This document shows positions 50,106 to 62,001 of a stretch of DNA of 64,000 bases, in pieces. The notes beneath the pieces were generated by a model. That model was not told where the DNA came from. It saw only the letters and a list, made by a program, of their open reading frames with translations, and ran no database searches. Source of the stretch: Bacillota bacterium (GTDB taxonomy: Bacteria > Bacillota > Dehalobacteriia > UBA4068 > UBA4997); contig JAFQHN010000025.1 of NCBI GenBank assembly GCA_017397935.1, positions 9,014-73,013 on the forward strand, read 5' to 3'. Position 1 is the stretch's first letter; every line of letters starts with the position of its first letter. The position numbers and the translations under genes are program-made.

Positions 50106-51527
50106 ATGACAAATTACGACCAATATCAATCGCCGTTGACCTCGCGCTATGCGTCGCAATATATGCTGGGCCTTTTCTCGGCGGATACGCGGTACCGCAC
50201 CTGGCGTAAGCTTTGGGTGGCGCTGGCCCGGGCTCAGATGCAGTTGGGGCTGCCGGTGACCCAGGCGCAGGTGGATGAGCTGGCGGATAACGTTGAAAAT
50301 ATCGACTATGAATGTGTGCAGAAAAGAGAGGCGCAGGTTCGCCACGACGTTATGGCGCACGTTTATGCTTATGGGCAGGCTGCGCCCACGGCGGCAGGCA
50401 TCATTCATCTGGGCGCCACAAGCTGCTATGTTACGGATAATGCCGATTTGATAATTTACCGTGATGCTCTGCGTTATTTACGCGCAGAGCTGCTGCGCGT
50501 TATGGCTAATCTGGCTGATTTTGCTGATGAGTACAAGGCGCTGCCGACTCTGGGTTATACGCATTATCAGCCGGCGCAGCTTGTTACCGTCGGTAAGCGT
50601 GCCAGCCTGTGGTTGCAAGACCTGCTGAGCGATTTGGAGGAGATTGACTTTGTGCTGGGCAGCATTAAGTTTTTGGGCTGCCGCGGAACAACTGGCACCG
50701 AGGCCAGCTTTATGGAGCTTTTTGGTGGGGATACGGCCAAAATTGATGAGATGAACCGTATGATCGCAGCGGAATTTGGCTTTGCCGGCTGCTTTGACGT
50801 GTGCGGACAGACGTACCCGCGCAAGCTGGACGCGCGTATTCTTAATTGCCTGTCATCGGTGGCGCAGAGCTGTTATCGTATGGCAAATGATATTCGCCTG
50901 TTGCAGCATGACCGGCAGATTGAGGAGCCTTTTGAGAAAGACCAGATAGGCTCTTCGGCGATGGCTTATAAGCGCAACCCAATGCGGAGTGAGCGTATAT
51001 GCTCTCTGGCGCGGTATCTGATGACAGACGTGCTTAACACCCATATAACGGCATCTGTACAATGGTTGGAGCGCACGCTGGATGATTCGGCCAACCGGCG
51101 TATCTCGCTGCCGGAGGGCTTTTTGTGTGCGGATGCGGTGCTGCGGCTGGCACAGAATGTCACCGACGGCCTGCACGTTAACGAGAAGATCATCGAGAAA
51201 ACGGTACGGGAATATCTGCCCTTCATCGCGACAGAGAATTTGATGATGGAGGCGGTAAAGCGCGGCGGAGACCGCCAAAAGCTGCATGAGATCATTCGCC
51301 GCTGTTCTATGGCAGCGTCAGCCAGGATGAAAAACGGTGAAGAATGTGATTTGCTGGCGCGGCTGGCGGCAGAGCAGGAGTTTTGCCTGACCGAGGTGGA
51401 AATGAACAAGCTGCTGGAACCTGCGCTTTATATTGGACGCTGCCCGGAGCAGGTGGATGCGCTGCTTGCCAAAGTGCGCCCGTTGCTGGCCGATGTAGAG
51501 CGCCAATCGGCACAAATCAACCTGTAA
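50106..51527 (+). CDS. purB: Adenylosuccinate lyase
   Basis: 473 aa; fumarate-lyase superfamily signature. Confidence 0.95.
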   Translation: MTNYDQYQSPLTSRYASQYMLGLFSADTRYRTWRKLWVALARAQMQLGLPVTQAQVDELADNVENIDYECVQKREAQVRHDVMAHVYAYGQAAPTAAGIIHLGATSCYVTDNADLIIYRDALRYLRAELLRVMANLADFADEYKALPTLGYTHYQPAQLVTVGKRASLWLQDLLSDLEEIDFVLGSIKFLGCRGTTGTEASFMELFGGDTAKIDEMNRMIAAEFGFAGCFDVCGQTYPRKLDARILNCLSSVAQSCYRMANDIRLLQHDRQIEEPFEKDQIGSSAMAYKRNPMRSERICSLARYLMTDVLNTHITASVQWLERTLDDSANRRISLPEGFLCADAVLRLAQNVTDGLHVNEKIIEKTVREYLPFIATENLMMEAVKRGGDRQKLHEIIRRCSMAASARMKNGEECDLLARLAAEQEFCLTEVEMNKLLEPALYIGRCPEQVDALLAKVRPLLADVERQSAQINL

Positions 51528-51544
51528 AATAGAAAATCCGGAAG

Positions 51545-53122
51545 ATGATGGAGAGAATGATGAATAACACAATAATGAGCAATACCATGCAAGAAAAAAT
51601 TTTGGTGCTTGATTTTGGCGGGCAGTACAACCAGCTTATCGCACGGCGAGTGCGAGAGCAGCACGTTTATGCTGAGATTAAGCCGTATAATAAAATATCG
51701 GTGGCCCAGATAAAAGAGGCCGGCTATAAGGGCGTTATTTTTACCGGCGGGCCCAACAGCGTATATGATGAAAACTCGCCGCATTATGACCCTGCAATAC
51801 TGGATGCCGGTATTCCGGTGCTGGGTATCTGCTATGGCGCGCAGTTGATGGCCTGGATGGCGGGCGGCACGGTAAGCAGCGCCGATAACAGTAGTGAATA
51901 TGGCAAAACGCAGGTAACGGCGGCCGAAAATACATTATTTGCAGGCGTGCCGCGCGAGAGTATCTGCTGGATGAGTCATACTGATTTTATCCAAACGCCG
52001 CCGGTCGGTTTCCGCGTGATTGCACATACGGATAAATGTCCTTGCGCCGCCATGTGTGATGAGGGACGCAGGCTTTATGCGGTGCAATTCCACCCGGAAG
52101 TAACGCACACGGTATACGGCAGGCAAATGCTGCATAATTTCCTTTTTGTTGTCTGCGGCTGCTGTGGTGATTGGAAGATGGAGGATTTTGTCGAGCAGAC
52201 TATCGCAAAATACCGCACAGAACTGGCCGATAAGAAGGTGCTGCTGGCACTCTCGGGCGGTGTGGATTCGGCGGTGGCGGCGGTGCTGCTGCATCGCGCT
52301 GTCGGATCGAATCTTACCTGTGTGTTTGTTGACCATGGGCTGCTGCGCAAGGACGAGGGCGATTTTGTGGAGCGTACCTTCCGCGAGAAATTTGCTATGA
52401 ATCTGATACGGGTAAACGCGGCCGAGAGATTTTTGAGCAAACTGGCCGGGGTGACCGAGCCGGAGAAAAAGCGCAAGATCATCGGCGAGGAATTTATCCG
52501 CGTTTTTGAGGATGAGGCCAAAAAGTTGGGCAAAATCAACGCTCTGGCGCAGGGCACCATCTATCCGGACGTGATTGAAAGCGGTAAGGGGGATTCGGCT
52601 GTTATCAAAAGCCACCATAACGTCGGCGGTTTGCCGGATGTAGTTGACTTTGATGAGATTGTCGAACCGCTGCGGGAACTTTTCAAAGATGAGGTGCGCG
52701 AAGTCGGCACGCGGTTGGGTATCCCGCATGATTTGGTGTGGCGGCAACCTTTCCCCGGGCCGGGGCTGGCGGTGCGTGTCATCGGTGAGATAACCGAGGA
52801 CAAACTGGCGTTGCTGCGCGAGGCTGACGCTATCTTTTGCGAAGAAGTGGCGCAGGCCGGGTTGGAGAAAGTGGCCAACCAATACTTTGCGGTTCTGACG
52901 GGGCTTAAAAGCGTTGGTGTGATGGGTGACGCCGGCACTTATGGCTATACTATCGCTTTGAGGGCGGTGACGACGGATGACTTTATGACGGCGGAATGGA
53001 CAAGGTTGCCCTATGAGGTGCTGGAACGTGCCAGCAGCCGTATCACCAACGAGGTGCCGGGCGTCAGCCGTGTGGTTTATGACATTACCGGCAAGCCGCC
53101 GGCCACGGTGGAATGGGAATAA
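51545..53122 (+). CDS. guaA: GMP synthase (glutamine-hydrolysing)
   Basis: 525 aa; GATase1 domain plus ATP-PPase SGGVDS motif; the true start may be the internal [14 protein letters not shown] at 51587. Confidence 0.95.
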   Translation: MMERMMNNTIMSNTMQEKILVLDFGGQYNQLIARRVREQHVYAEIKPYNKISVAQIKEAGYKGVIFTGGPNSVYDENSPHYDPAILDAGIPVLGICYGAQLMAWMAGGTVSSADNSSEYGKTQVTAAENTLFAGVPRESICWMSHTDFIQTPPVGFRVIAHTDKCPCAAMCDEGRRLYAVQFHPEVTHTVYGRQMLHNFLFVVCGCCGDWKMEDFVEQTIAKYRTELADKKVLLALSGGVDSAVAAVLLHRAVGSNLTCVFVDHGLLRKDEGDFVERTFREKFAMNLIRVNAAERFLSKLAGVTEPEKKRKIIGEEFIRVFEDEAKKLGKINALAQGTIYPDVIESGKGDSAVIKSHHNVGGLPDVVDFDEIVEPLRELFKDEVREVGTRLGIPHDLVWRQPFPGPGLAVRVIGEITEDKLALLREADAIFCEEVAQAGLEKVANQYFAVLTGLKSVGVMGDAGTYGYTIALRAVTTDDFMTAEWTRLPYEVLERASSRITNEVPGVSRVVYDITGKPPATVEWE

Positions 53123-53155
53123 ACATGGCAGCAAATTTTCGCGCGGAGGTGCAGT

Positions 53156-54589
53156 ATGAGTTTGCGAGAAGAATGCGGCGTTTTCGGCATATTGACGCCT
53201 AAGGACGCTGACGTGGCACATCTGGCTTATTATGGGCTGTATGCGTTGCAGCACCGCGGCCAGGAAAGCTGCGGTATTGTAGTGAACGATGACGGTGTTT
53301 TTTGCTCTCACAAGGATATGGGGCTGGTCAGCGAGGTTTTTAATGTGGATGTACTGGCGCATCTGCCGTATGGGCGGATGGCGGTGGGACACGTGCGCTA
53401 TGGCACAACGGGCAGCAGCAACCGCCAAAACTGCCAGCCGTTAGAAGTCAATCATCAGAAAGGGCATTTGGCGCTGGCGCATAACGGCAACCTCAGCAAC
53501 GCAGCCCAACTGCGTGATCAACTGGAACTTTCCGGGGCGATTTTCCACACCACCAGCGATACCGAAACCATCGCCTACATCATAACGCGGGAGCGTCTGC
53601 ATTGTGGGTCTGTCGAGGAGGCGCTGAGTGCGGCCATGAATGTGCTGGACGGTGCGTATTCTCTGGTGTTGATGTCGCCGCAAAAGCTGATATGTGCGCG
53701 TGATCCGTATGGTTTCCGCCCGATTTGTTACGGCAGGACGGCAGATGGCACTTATGTGGTGGCCTCTGAGACCTGCGCGTTGCAGGCGGTGGGGGCGGAA
53801 TTTGTACGGGACGTGGAACCGGGAGAAATTATCGTGTTCAGTGCCGATGGGGTGGTATCCCGCCGCGAGCATTGTGGTAAGAAGCCGAAAAAGCTCTGTG
53901 TTTTTGAATATATCTACTTTGCCCGGCCGGATTCGGTCATTGACGGGGTATCGGTACATTCGGCACGGCTGCGGGCCGGGGCAATTCTGGCGCAGAAGCA
54001 CCCCGTAGATGCTGACGTGGTGGTTGGTGTGCCGGATTCGGGCTTGGACGCGGCGCTTGGTTTCAGCCGGGAGTCTGGGATACCGTACGGCATAGGGCTG
54101 ATAAAAAACAAGTACATCGGACGGACTTTTATTTCGCCCGGGCAGAATATGCGGATAGACCAGGTACGCATCAAGCTGGCGGCGGTGGAGGAATGTGTGC
54201 GCGGCAAACGGGTGGTGTTGATCGACGATTCGATCGTGCGTGGCACTACCAGCGGCCGTATCGTCAAGCTGCTGCGTGATGCCGGGGCCAGGGAGATACA
54301 TATGCGCATATCGGCGCCACCCTTCCTGCACCCCTGTTATTACGGCACGGATATCGACTCGGAGGAGAATTTGATTGCCTGCCACCACAGCGTTGAGCAG
54401 ATTGCGGCGATAATCGGGGCGGACAGCCTGGGGTATCTGCCGGCGGAGGCACTTGGGGAACTGGCCGGTGGCTGTGGTTATTGCAGCGCTTGTTTCAGCG
54501 GGCAGTACCCGACCGCCATACCCCGCGATACGCGCAAAAACCGCTTTGAACAAAAACTGTCAGAAGTTAATAAGACCAAGGAGAAATGA
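53156..54589 (+). CDS. purF: Amidophosphoribosyltransferase (with propeptide)
   Basis: 477 aa; propeptide ...REECGVFGI as in Bacillus PurF; Fe-S Cys ligands at the C-terminus. Confidence 0.95.
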   Translation: MSLREECGVFGILTPKDADVAHLAYYGLYALQHRGQESCGIVVNDDGVFCSHKDMGLVSEVFNVDVLAHLPYGRMAVGHVRYGTTGSSNRQNCQPLEVNHQKGHLALAHNGNLSNAAQLRDQLELSGAIFHTTSDTETIAYIITRERLHCGSVEEALSAAMNVLDGAYSLVLMSPQKLICARDPYGFRPICYGRTADGTYVVASETCALQAVGAEFVRDVEPGEIIVFSADGVVSRREHCGKKPKKLCVFEYIYFARPDSVIDGVSVHSARLRAGAILAQKHPVDADVVVGVPDSGLDAALGFSRESGIPYGIGLIKNKYIGRTFISPGQNMRIDQVRIKLAAVEECVRGKRVVLIDDSIVRGTTSGRIVKLLRDAGAREIHMRISAPPFLHPCYYGTDIDSEENLIACHHSVEQIAAIIGADSLGYLPAEALGELAGGCGYCSACFSGQYPTAIPRDTRKNRFEQKLSEVNKTKEK

Positions 54590-54597
54590 GGTGCTGT

Positions 54598-55692
54598 ATG
54601 GATCACAACAGAAAAATCATATTGGAGGATGGCAGCCAATATTATGGCTATGCCTTTGGTGACACGGCTGATAAGGTATGTGAGATCGTTTTTAATACCT
54701 CTATGGTCGGTTATCAGGAGATTCTCTCGGACCCTTCGTATACTTATCAGGCGGTGTTGATGACTTATCCGCTGATTGGTAACTACGGTATGGCGGATGA
54801 TGATTATGAAACGCTTACCCCGACTATCGGGGCACTTATCGTGCGGGAATACAACGATGAACCTTCCAACTTCCGCAGTACGGCTACGCTGGCGGCGGTG
54901 ATGCAAGAATTTGGTATTCCTGGTATTTATGGCGTGGATACGCGCAAACTGACGCGCTCTATCCGTGATTTGGGCAGCCGCAAAGTGCTGATAACTGATG
55001 CTGCAACCACTCTGGATGAGGGGTTGGCGGTACTGTGTGCGGCCAATATCCCCACTGACGCGGTGGCAAAGGTCAGCAGCAAGGAGCCTTGGACATCCCC
55101 GGCGGAGGACGAGGAGAAATACCATGTGGTGGCCATTGACTGCGGCATGAAGCGTAATATCGTGCGCTCTCTTAACCGGCGTGGCTGCCGGGTGACGGTG
55201 GTGCCGTGGGATAGTTCGGCGGAGATGATCAGCGCTATGCAGCCGGACGGTATTTTTATCTCCAACGGCCCGGGAGACCCGACTGACGTGCCGCCCGTCA
55301 TCAACGCGATAAGCGAGCTGCGTGGCAGATACCCGATATTCGGCATTTGCCTGGGTCACCAGATAATATCGCTGGCTTATGGCGCCAAAACTTATAAGCT
55401 GAAATTCGGACACCGCGGCGGCAACCACCCGGTGCGTAATCTGCTGACGGATAAAATTGAGATAACCTCACAAAACCATTCTTATGCGGTGGATACCGAC
55501 AGCCTGAAAGCGACTGATTTGGCGGTAACACACGTTAACCTGCTGGACGGCACGGTTGAGGGCGTGGCCTGCGCGCGGGACAGGATATTCAGCGTGCAAT
55601 ACCATCCGGAGAGCGCGCCCGGCCCGCAGGACAGTGCTTATTTGTTCGATCAGTTCATCGCGATTATGGAGGAGGGAAAGCATAATGCCTAA
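54598..55692 (+). CDS. carA: Carbamoyl-phosphate synthase small (glutaminase) subunit
   Basis: Start refined to [12 protein letters not shown]; GATase1 catalytic Cys in GICLGHQ. Confidence 0.9.
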   Translation: MDHNRKIILEDGSQYYGYAFGDTADKVCEIVFNTSMVGYQEILSDPSYTYQAVLMTYPLIGNYGMADDDYETLTPTIGALIVREYNDEPSNFRSTATLAAVMQEFGIPGIYGVDTRKLTRSIRDLGSRKVLITDAATTLDEGLAVLCAANIPTDAVAKVSSKEPWTSPAEDEEKYHVVAIDCGMKRNIVRSLNRRGCRVTVVPWDSSAEMISAMQPDGIFISNGPGDPTDVPPVINAISELRGRYPIFGICLGHQIISLAYGAKTYKLKFGHRGGNHPVRNLLTDKIEITSQNHSYAVDTDSLKATDLAVTHVNLLDGTVEGVACARDRIFSVQYHPESAPGPQDSAYLFDQFIAIMEEGKHNA

Positions 55693-58600
55693 GAGAGAGG
55701 ACATCAAAAAGATACTGGTTATCGGTTCTGGCCCCATCGTCATTGGGCAGGCGGCCGAGTTTGATTATGCCGGTACGCAGGCTTGTCTGGCGTTGAAGGA
55801 GGATGGCTATGAGGTGGTACTGTGCAACTCTAACCCGGCCACCATTATGACTGATACCTCCATCGCGGACAAAGTGTATATGGAGCCGCTGACGCTGGAA
55901 TATATCGCCAAAATCATTCGCTATGAGAGACCGGACGCTATTTTGCCCGGCATTGGCGGCCAGACCGGCCTTAATTTGGCTATGCAGTTGGAAAAAAAGG
56001 GTGTGCTGCAAGAATGTCGGGTGGAGCTGCTGGGCACCAAAAGCAGCAGTATTGAGAAGGCGGAGGACAGAGAACTCTTTAAGGAACTGTGTGAGGAACT
56101 GGGTGAGCCGGTACTGCCCTCGGATATTGCCAATACTATTGAAGAAGGTATCGCGGTGGCGCAGAAGATCGGTTACCCTGTGGTGCTGCGCCCGGCCTTC
56201 ACGCTGGGCGGTACCGGCGGCGGCTTTGCAGATGACGAGGCCGAACTGGTGGCGCTGATGAAGAACGCGCTGGTCCTTTCTCCGGTTCATCAGGTGTTGA
56301 TTGAAAAAAGTATCAAAGGCTATAAAGAAATTGAATATGAGGTAATGCGCGACAGCAACGATACCGCCATCACGATATGTAATATGGAGAACTTTGATCC
56401 GGTGGGCATACATACCGGCGATTCCATCGTCGTCTGCCCTTCTCAAACGCTGACCAACAAGGAATACCACATGCTGCGTGACAGCGCGCTGAAAATTATC
56501 CGTGCGTTGGAGATTGAGGGCGGCTGCAACGTGCAGTTTGCGCTGGATCCGCAATCATTCCAATATTATCTTATCGAGGTCAATCCCCGTGTATCGCGGT
56601 CATCGGCTTTGGCGTCCAAGGCCAGCGGCTATCCCATCGCCCGGGTTTCGGCCAAAATCGGCGTCGGTATGACGCTGGATGAGATACAGATCGCCAATAC
56701 CCCCGCAGCTTTTGAGCCGACTTTGGATTATGTGGTGACTAAAATGCCGCGCTTCCCGTTTGATAAATTTGCTGACGCCAATAACTCGCTGAGCACGCAG
56801 ATGAAGGCGACGGGCGAGGTGATGAGCGTTGGCCGCACCATTGAAGAAAGCCTGCTGAAAGCGGTGCGCTCGCTGGAAATCGGCCTGTATCATCTGGAAA
56901 GCCCGAAGTTTGCCGGGCAGACGGAGAATGAGCTGCTGGATTATGTGCGCATTGGTACTGATGACCGAATTTATGCCATAGCCGAGTTGCTGCGCGGCGG
57001 TTGTACGGTAGAGCGTATTGCGGCGGCCACGGCCATTGATAAGCTGTTTCTACGTAAAATCCAGAATATTGTGGATGAAGAACGCAGGCTGGCGGCACAT
57101 CACGGTGATATTAACGCGCTGCGCTCTGCCAAGCGGATGGGTTTTGCTGACCGCGAGATTGCGCGGCTGTGGCAGATAAGCGAGGATGAGGTTTTTGCGC
57201 TGCGGCAGCAGGCCGGTATTATGCCGGTATATAAGATGATCGACACTTGTGCCTCGGAGTTTGAAAGCTACATACCGTATTTTTACTCCACCTATGAGGA
57301 TGAGAATGAATCGGTGGTGTCGGACAAGAAAAAGGTTATCGTGCTGGGTTCGGGGCCTATCCGTATCGGGCAGGGCGTGGAGTTTGATTACTCCACCGTT
57401 CATGCCGTCAAAACTATCAAGGCGGCGGGGTATGAGGCCATCATCATCAACAATAACCCCGAGACGGTATCTACCGATTATACCTGCTCGGATAAGCTGT
57501 ATTTTGAGCCGCTGTGTGTAGAGGACGTTATGAACGTGATCGCGTTGGAACAGCCGGAGGGTGTTATCGCTACGCTGGGCGGTCAGACGGCTATCAACCT
57601 GGCCGAGCCGTTGCGGGCGCGTGGTGTGAAGATCATCGGTACGGATTGCGACGCTATTGAGAGGGCGGAAAATCGTGACGCCTTTGAAAAGCTGCTTTCC
57701 GCGCTGGCAATACCGCAGCCCAAAGGCCGGGCGGTGACGAACATTGAGGCCGGTATCAAAGCTGCGGAGGAGATTGGCTACCCGGTGTTGGTGCGCCCCA
57801 GTTTCGTATTAGGTGGGCGGGCGATGCAAATCGTAGCCAAAGAGGAGCAATTGCGGCATTACTTAAAAACGGCCGTGGAGATAGACGAGGACAAACCGGT
57901 GCTGGTGGATAAATATATCCGCGGCAAAGAGGTAGAAGTAGATGCGATCTGTGACGGCAAGCAGGTGTTTGTGCCCGGCATTATGGAGCTGGTGGAACGT
58001 ACCGGCATCCACTCCGGTGATTCGATCAGCGTGTACCCTTCTTTCAGTATCTCGCAGCGGGTGAAGGAAACAATTTTGGATTATACCGCCAGATTGGGTC
58101 TGGGTATCGGTATCATAGGGTTGTTCAACATTCAGTTTATTGTGGATGAGCATGATGACGTGTATATCATCGAGGTCAACCCTCGGTCCTCGCGTACGGT
58201 GCCGTTCTTATCCAAGGCAACGGGCTATGCGCTGGCCGATATTGCCACGCTGGTAATATTGGGCAAGAGCCTGGCAGAGCAGGGTATTACCGAGATATAT
58301 CCGCCCGAAAAGCAGCGGTATTATGTGAAAGCGCCGGCCTTTTCCTTCGCCAAGCTGAACGGTATGGACGCTTACCTCTCGCCCGAGATGAAATCAACCG
58401 GCGAGGCCATCGGCTATGATAAGAGTTTGCAGCGTGCTATGTATAAGGCGATGCTGGCATCGGGCATTAAGCTGCAAAATTACGGTACCGTGGTGGTAAC
58501 GCTGGCGGATGAGGATAAAGAGGAGGCGCTGCCGCTGGTACGCCGGTTCTATAATATGGGCTTTAATATCGAGGCTACCATTGGCACGGCTAACTTCCTG

Positions 58601-58864
58601 AAAGAGCATGGCATACGCACCAGAGTGCGCCGTAAGCTGAGTGAGGGCAGCGAGGAGATTCTGGAATCTATCCGCGCCGGGTACGTCAGTTACGTTATTA
58701 ACACGCGGGCAATACTCTCCGGCGTGCATTATGAGGACGGTGTGGCTATCCGCCGCTGCGCCAGCCAAAACAATATAACTATGCTGACCTCTCTGGATAC
58801 AGTAAAAATGCTGCTGGATGTGCTGGAAGAAATGACTATCGGTATATCCACCATTGACGCATAA
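55685..58864 (+). CDS. carB: Carbamoyl-phosphate synthase large subunit
   Basis: Start refined to [28 protein letters not shown] (ATG at 55685, overlapping the carA stop by 8 nt); duplicated ATP-grasp halves. Confidence 0.95.
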   Translation: MPKREDIKKILVIGSGPIVIGQAAEFDYAGTQACLALKEDGYEVVLCNSNPATIMTDTSIADKVYMEPLTLEYIAKIIRYERPDAILPGIGGQTGLNLAMQLEKKGVLQECRVELLGTKSSSIEKAEDRELFKELCEELGEPVLPSDIANTIEEGIAVAQKIGYPVVLRPAFTLGGTGGGFADDEAELVALMKNALVLSPVHQVLIEKSIKGYKEIEYEVMRDSNDTAITICNMENFDPVGIHTGDSIVVCPSQTLTNKEYHMLRDSALKIIRALEIEGGCNVQFALDPQSFQYYLIEVNPRVSRSSALASKASGYPIARVSAKIGVGMTLDEIQIANTPAAFEPTLDYVVTKMPRFPFDKFADANNSLSTQMKATGEVMSVGRTIEESLLKAVRSLEIGLYHLESPKFAGQTENELLDYVRIGTDDRIYAIAELLRGGCTVERIAAATAIDKLFLRKIQNIVDEERRLAAHHGDINALRSAKRMGFADREIARLWQISEDEVFALRQQAGIMPVYKMIDTCASEFESYIPYFYSTYEDENESVVSDKKKVIVLGSGPIRIGQGVEFDYSTVHAVKTIKAAGYEAIIINNNPETVSTDYTCSDKLYFEPLCVEDVMNVIALEQPEGVIATLGGQTAINLAEPLRARGVKIIGTDCDAIERAENRDAFEKLLSALAIPQPKGRAVTNIEAGIKAAEEIGYPVLVRPSFVLGGRAMQIVAKEEQLRHYLKTAVEIDEDKPVLVDKYIRGKEVEVDAICDGKQVFVPGIMELVERTGIHSGDSISVYPSFSISQRVKETILDYTARLGLGIGIIGLFNIQFIVDEHDDVYIIEVNPRSSRTVPFLSKATGYALADIATLVILGKSLAEQGITEIYPPEKQRYYVKAPAFSFAKLNGMDAYLSPEMKSTGEAIGYDKSLQRAMYKAMLASGIKLQNYGTVVVTLADEDKEEALPLVRRFYNMGFNIEATIGTANFLKEHGIRTRVRRKLSEGSEEILESIRAGYVSYVINTRAILSGVHYEDGVAIRRCASQNNITMLTSLDTVKMLLDVLEEMTIGISTIDA

Positions 58865-58881
58865 TATGACGCAAAAAAATA

Positions 58882-58919
58882 ATCCGAACCAATCTGTATG
58901 GTTCGGATTATATTGCTTT
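58882..58919. terminator. Bidirectional hairpin terminator between carB and tRNA-Leu
   Basis: atccgaacc...ggttcggat stem with U-rich flanks. Confidence 0.55.
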
Positions 58920-59006
58920 GGTGCGAGAGACGGGACTTGAACCCGTACAGGAAGATTCCCGCTACCCCCTCAAAGTAGTGCGTCTGCCGATTCCGCCACT
59001 CTCACA
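58919..59006 (-). tRNA. tRNA-Leu (anticodon GAG)
   Basis: Manual fold: class II tRNA with long variable arm, anticodon loop UUGAGGG, encoded CCA. Confidence 0.8.
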
Positions 59007-59104
59007 TAAAGTTATAAATTTATAATAACCTTAAATATTATAGCAGTATCGGCGAAAAAAATCAAGCAGATTTTGTGCTGATTGTCAGTTTTTTTGCAGG
59101 GGAC

Positions 59105-61999
59105 TTAGGGCAGATATTGCTGCTCTATCTTGCTGATGCCGGGGCCGACGGTGGTTACCCAAAACGGTGGCTGAAAATCTCCGTCAAATTCGGCCAGATA
59201 AGCGGCAAATTCCGCTGCATCGGTGGTGATGTAATAATCACTGCTGCCGTCTTTGAAAAATTTATACTCGGTGCTGTCGGTAATTTGCAGACCATAAGGC
59301 CAGCTTTGCGGGTTATGGATATAATAGCCGTTATCCAGCTTGTCTGCGTCAATGCCCAGCTCTTTCAGCTTATCGGGGTTGGCCGTAGCTGTCAGATACA
59401 AAGCCTTGTCCAGATGGATAATGCTGCTTTCCTCCGGCACAAACTTGGTGATGTAGCCAAAATACTCGCTGACCGGCTGCTCCAAATACATGGGGTACGC
59501 CTTGCCGCCGTTTATTACCAAATCACGGGAGGTAATGCCCACGCCTGTTTGGGCGGTGTTATAAAGCTGGCCGTTGATGAATTCCAGCGCCACCTGTTCA
59601 GGGTCCAGCAGGGAGGGGCGGTGGCCACGGTCGCATTCTGCCTGTAATGTGGCATAATATTCCTCAACAGTTTGGTCGGTGTCCACTCTGACAAAATATT
59701 CGTGGTTGTTGCCATCCTTCCAGCGCTCCACACACCAAATGCCGTGCTCGCCCTGGGTGGCCGGCTGAGATAACAGCAGGTGGCAGGTCTCACCGGTGGA
59801 AAGCGGGAAGTAAACCAGTATATTGTTGCCGCCGTTGCCTCTGAATGTGGGTCCGCTGATCAGACCCTGGGCTTCCAAAGCCTGTTGCAGCGCGATTTGC
59901 AGGGCAAACAGCGAATATTCCTTGCCCGGGGTGTAAAAGAGGCCGTTTTGCTCATCATTGTTGGGAACAAGCGCCGCCAGCGCCGTACCATTCTGCGAGG
60001 TGTAGATGCCGAAGAAACCGGACGCATCAGGCATGGGCAGCATATAGCCGTTATCCGTCTGCATAATGTCATACGGGGTTGGCAGGGCGGCGGCCTTGGG
60101 GTCGTCAAAGTAGATTTTGCTGTCCACGCCGTAAACTGTCAGCGGAGAAGGCAGGTCGTCAAACATAAACTCCTGCGGCACTTTATGCATCTGTATATCC
60201 ACATCATAAGCGGTCAGGTCAAGGGCATTTACATAATGTTCAGCCGCCTTATCAACATAGTTTTTGATGAGGAAAGTGTCATTGTCATAGCATATTGCAA
60301 TTTGCAGATGGCTGATGTAGAAAATATCCTCGGCGGCATTTTCGCAGTTTTCCGGCAGGGCAAAGGACACTTTAATGTTGAGGTCCTGATAGCACAAACC
60401 CTGCAAAGCTTCGGTGTCGCCGTTGATAATCATTTGGCGCACTGCCTGTTGTTTCTCCGCCGGGGCAGCATTTTCATCCAGATTATAAGCGGCGATCAGC
60501 GCTTTTTGGGCGGTTTGCACAGCTTTTTCCTCATTCTCATCGGTAGCAGCGTATCCTTCCACCAGAGAGGACATATCGTAGCTGTTCATGGTCAGCGTGT
60601 AGACAATTTGGCCGTTATCACCCGGCTTCGCAGTAATCTCTGTCAGCTCATAATACGGCGGTGTACGCCATTCTGCGGGCATGGATGTAAAGGTTCCGTC
60701 AGCAAACTGAAACGGCTTCATATAATCGGTGGGCTGTACTGTCAGCTCTCCTGCGCCAAAATGACGGGCGGCATAATCCTGCACCTCGGCCAGGGTCACA
60801 CTGCCGGGGCTGTCGATGATGTTAAGGCCTTCCCAGACCAAATTATCGGCATAGTAAGCAAAAAGATAATCCACAGCGGTGATTTCATCTTTTGTTTCGG
60901 CGGCAAAAATGGGCAGAAAATCCCAATGGTGCTCGGCGGCAAAATCAAATACAGCCTCACGCAGCTCAGGGGTAATACCCTGCTGCCATTCCTCTGCCGC
61001 TAGCTGTGCGGCAAAATTGCGGTCAATGTCAATATTGTCATTATCTTCATTAACGGTCAGCGGTTTATTGCCGCCCAGCAGCAGTATGCCGGCCATTACC
61101 AGCACCACCGCGCTTATCGTCAGCCACAGGGTGGGTTTACGATAATTAAGCAGGTTTTTGATACGTTGCGCTGGGTCGCTCTCGCCAAAAGCCAGCGGAG
61201 AAAGCGGCCGTGCTTTGCCGCCGCCCGAAAGCCGCAGCAGGGATTGCGAATACTCACAGCGTACATCCTGCGGCATCTTACGCAGCACCAGCTCATCGCA
61301 GGCCATTTCCATATCCAGCATACTTAAACGGAACGCCAGCCAGACCAGCGGATTAAACCAATGCAGCGCCAGCGCAGCAAAGGCCAACAGCTTTACAATA
61401 TGGTCACCGCGGGAGAGGTGCGTTTGCTCATGCAGGATAATATACGGCATTTCCTGCTCTTGCAGAGTGGATGGCAGATAAATTTTGGGGGCCAAAACGC
61501 CCAGCGCAAACGGCATATCAATGTTGTCGGCCAGATAAATATTGTCACGCAGGTTTACTGCCCCAATCAGCCGTTTTTTCAGCCGCAGCAGAGAAATTAT
61601 ACTGCCTCCGGTGATGACGATAACGCCGCCCAGCCAAATCACGGCCAAAGTGTCGGCAATATCCTGCTTGGTGCCGGTGGGCACGGTCACACCCTCATAA
61701 AAAGTGCCGTTAAAGTAGGTGTTCACCGGCTCATCCAGCGCATTGATGCCGGAAGAAATGTGGAATTTGGGTTGTTCCAGCATTTGCGGCTCAATCAGTT
61801 GGCTTGCAGGTATCTGGCTGCCCGAAAACTCAAACGATACCGGGCAGAGCAAGCGGAACAGCACCACTGCCCACAGCAGATAAGTATAAAATTTGGGGGC
61901 TTTTTTCAGCGGCAGGCGCAGCAGCAGCACCGCCAAAATTACCAGAGAGCCGGTAAAGCTCATGTTGATGATTTGCAAAAACAGTTCCTTGATCGGCAT
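59105..61999 (-). CDS. M56 family (BlaR1/MecR1-like) membrane metallopeptidase signal transducer with an approximately 650-aa uncharacterised extracytoplasmic C-terminal domain
   Basis: 964 aa; an N-terminal four-TM M56 domain with HEQTH; the C-terminal region is not a PBP/beta-lactamase sensor fold by motif inspection (no SxxK, SxN or KTG); start overlaps the blaI stop. Confidence 0.8.
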   Translation of the reverse strand: MPIKELFLQIINMSFTGSLVILAVLLLRLPLKKAPKFYTYLLWAVVLFRLLCPVSFEFSGSQIPASQLIEPQMLEQPKFHISSGINALDEPVNTYFNGTFYEGVTVPTGTKQDIADTLAVIWLGGVIVITGGSIISLLRLKKRLIGAVNLRDNIYLADNIDMPFALGVLAPKIYLPSTLQEQEMPYIILHEQTHLSRGDHIVKLLAFAALALHWFNPLVWLAFRLSMLDMEMACDELVLRKMPQDVRCEYSQSLLRLSGGGKARPLSPLAFGESDPAQRIKNLLNYRKPTLWLTISAVVLVMAGILLLGGNKPLTVNEDNDNIDIDRNFAAQLAAEEWQQGITPELREAVFDFAAEHHWDFLPIFAAETKDEITAVDYLFAYYADNLVWEGLNIIDSPGSVTLAEVQDYAARHFGAGELTVQPTDYMKPFQFADGTFTSMPAEWRTPPYYELTEITAKPGDNGQIVYTLTMNSYDMSSLVEGYAATDENEEKAVQTAQKALIAAYNLDENAAPAEKQQAVRQMIINGDTEALQGLCYQDLNIKVSFALPENCENAAEDIFYISHLQIAICYDNDTFLIKNYVDKAAEHYVNALDLTAYDVDIQMHKVPQEFMFDDLPSPLTVYGVDSKIYFDDPKAAALPTPYDIMQTDNGYMLPMPDASGFFGIYTSQNGTALAALVPNNDEQNGLFYTPGKEYSLFALQIALQQALEAQGLISGPTFRGNGGNNILVYFPLSTGETCHLLLSQPATQGEHGIWCVERWKDGNNHEYFVRVDTDQTVEEYYATLQAECDRGHRPSLLDPEQVALEFINGQLYNTAQTGVGITSRDLVINGGKAYPMYLEQPVSEYFGYITKFVPEESSIIHLDKALYLTATANPDKLKELGIDADKLDNGYYIHNPQSWPYGLQITDSTEYKFFKDGSSDYYITTDAAEFAAYLAEFDGDFQPPFWVTTVGPGISKIEQQYLP

Positions 62000-62001
62000 G
62001 G

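Noticed and set aside
59040-59095. Hairpin plus T-run downstream of tRNA-Leu on the plus strand (atcaagcag...gctgattg TTTTTTT)
   Set aside because: The stem is imperfect and there is no plus-strand gene to terminate. It is probably incidental or a weak bidirectional element for the convergent M56 gene.
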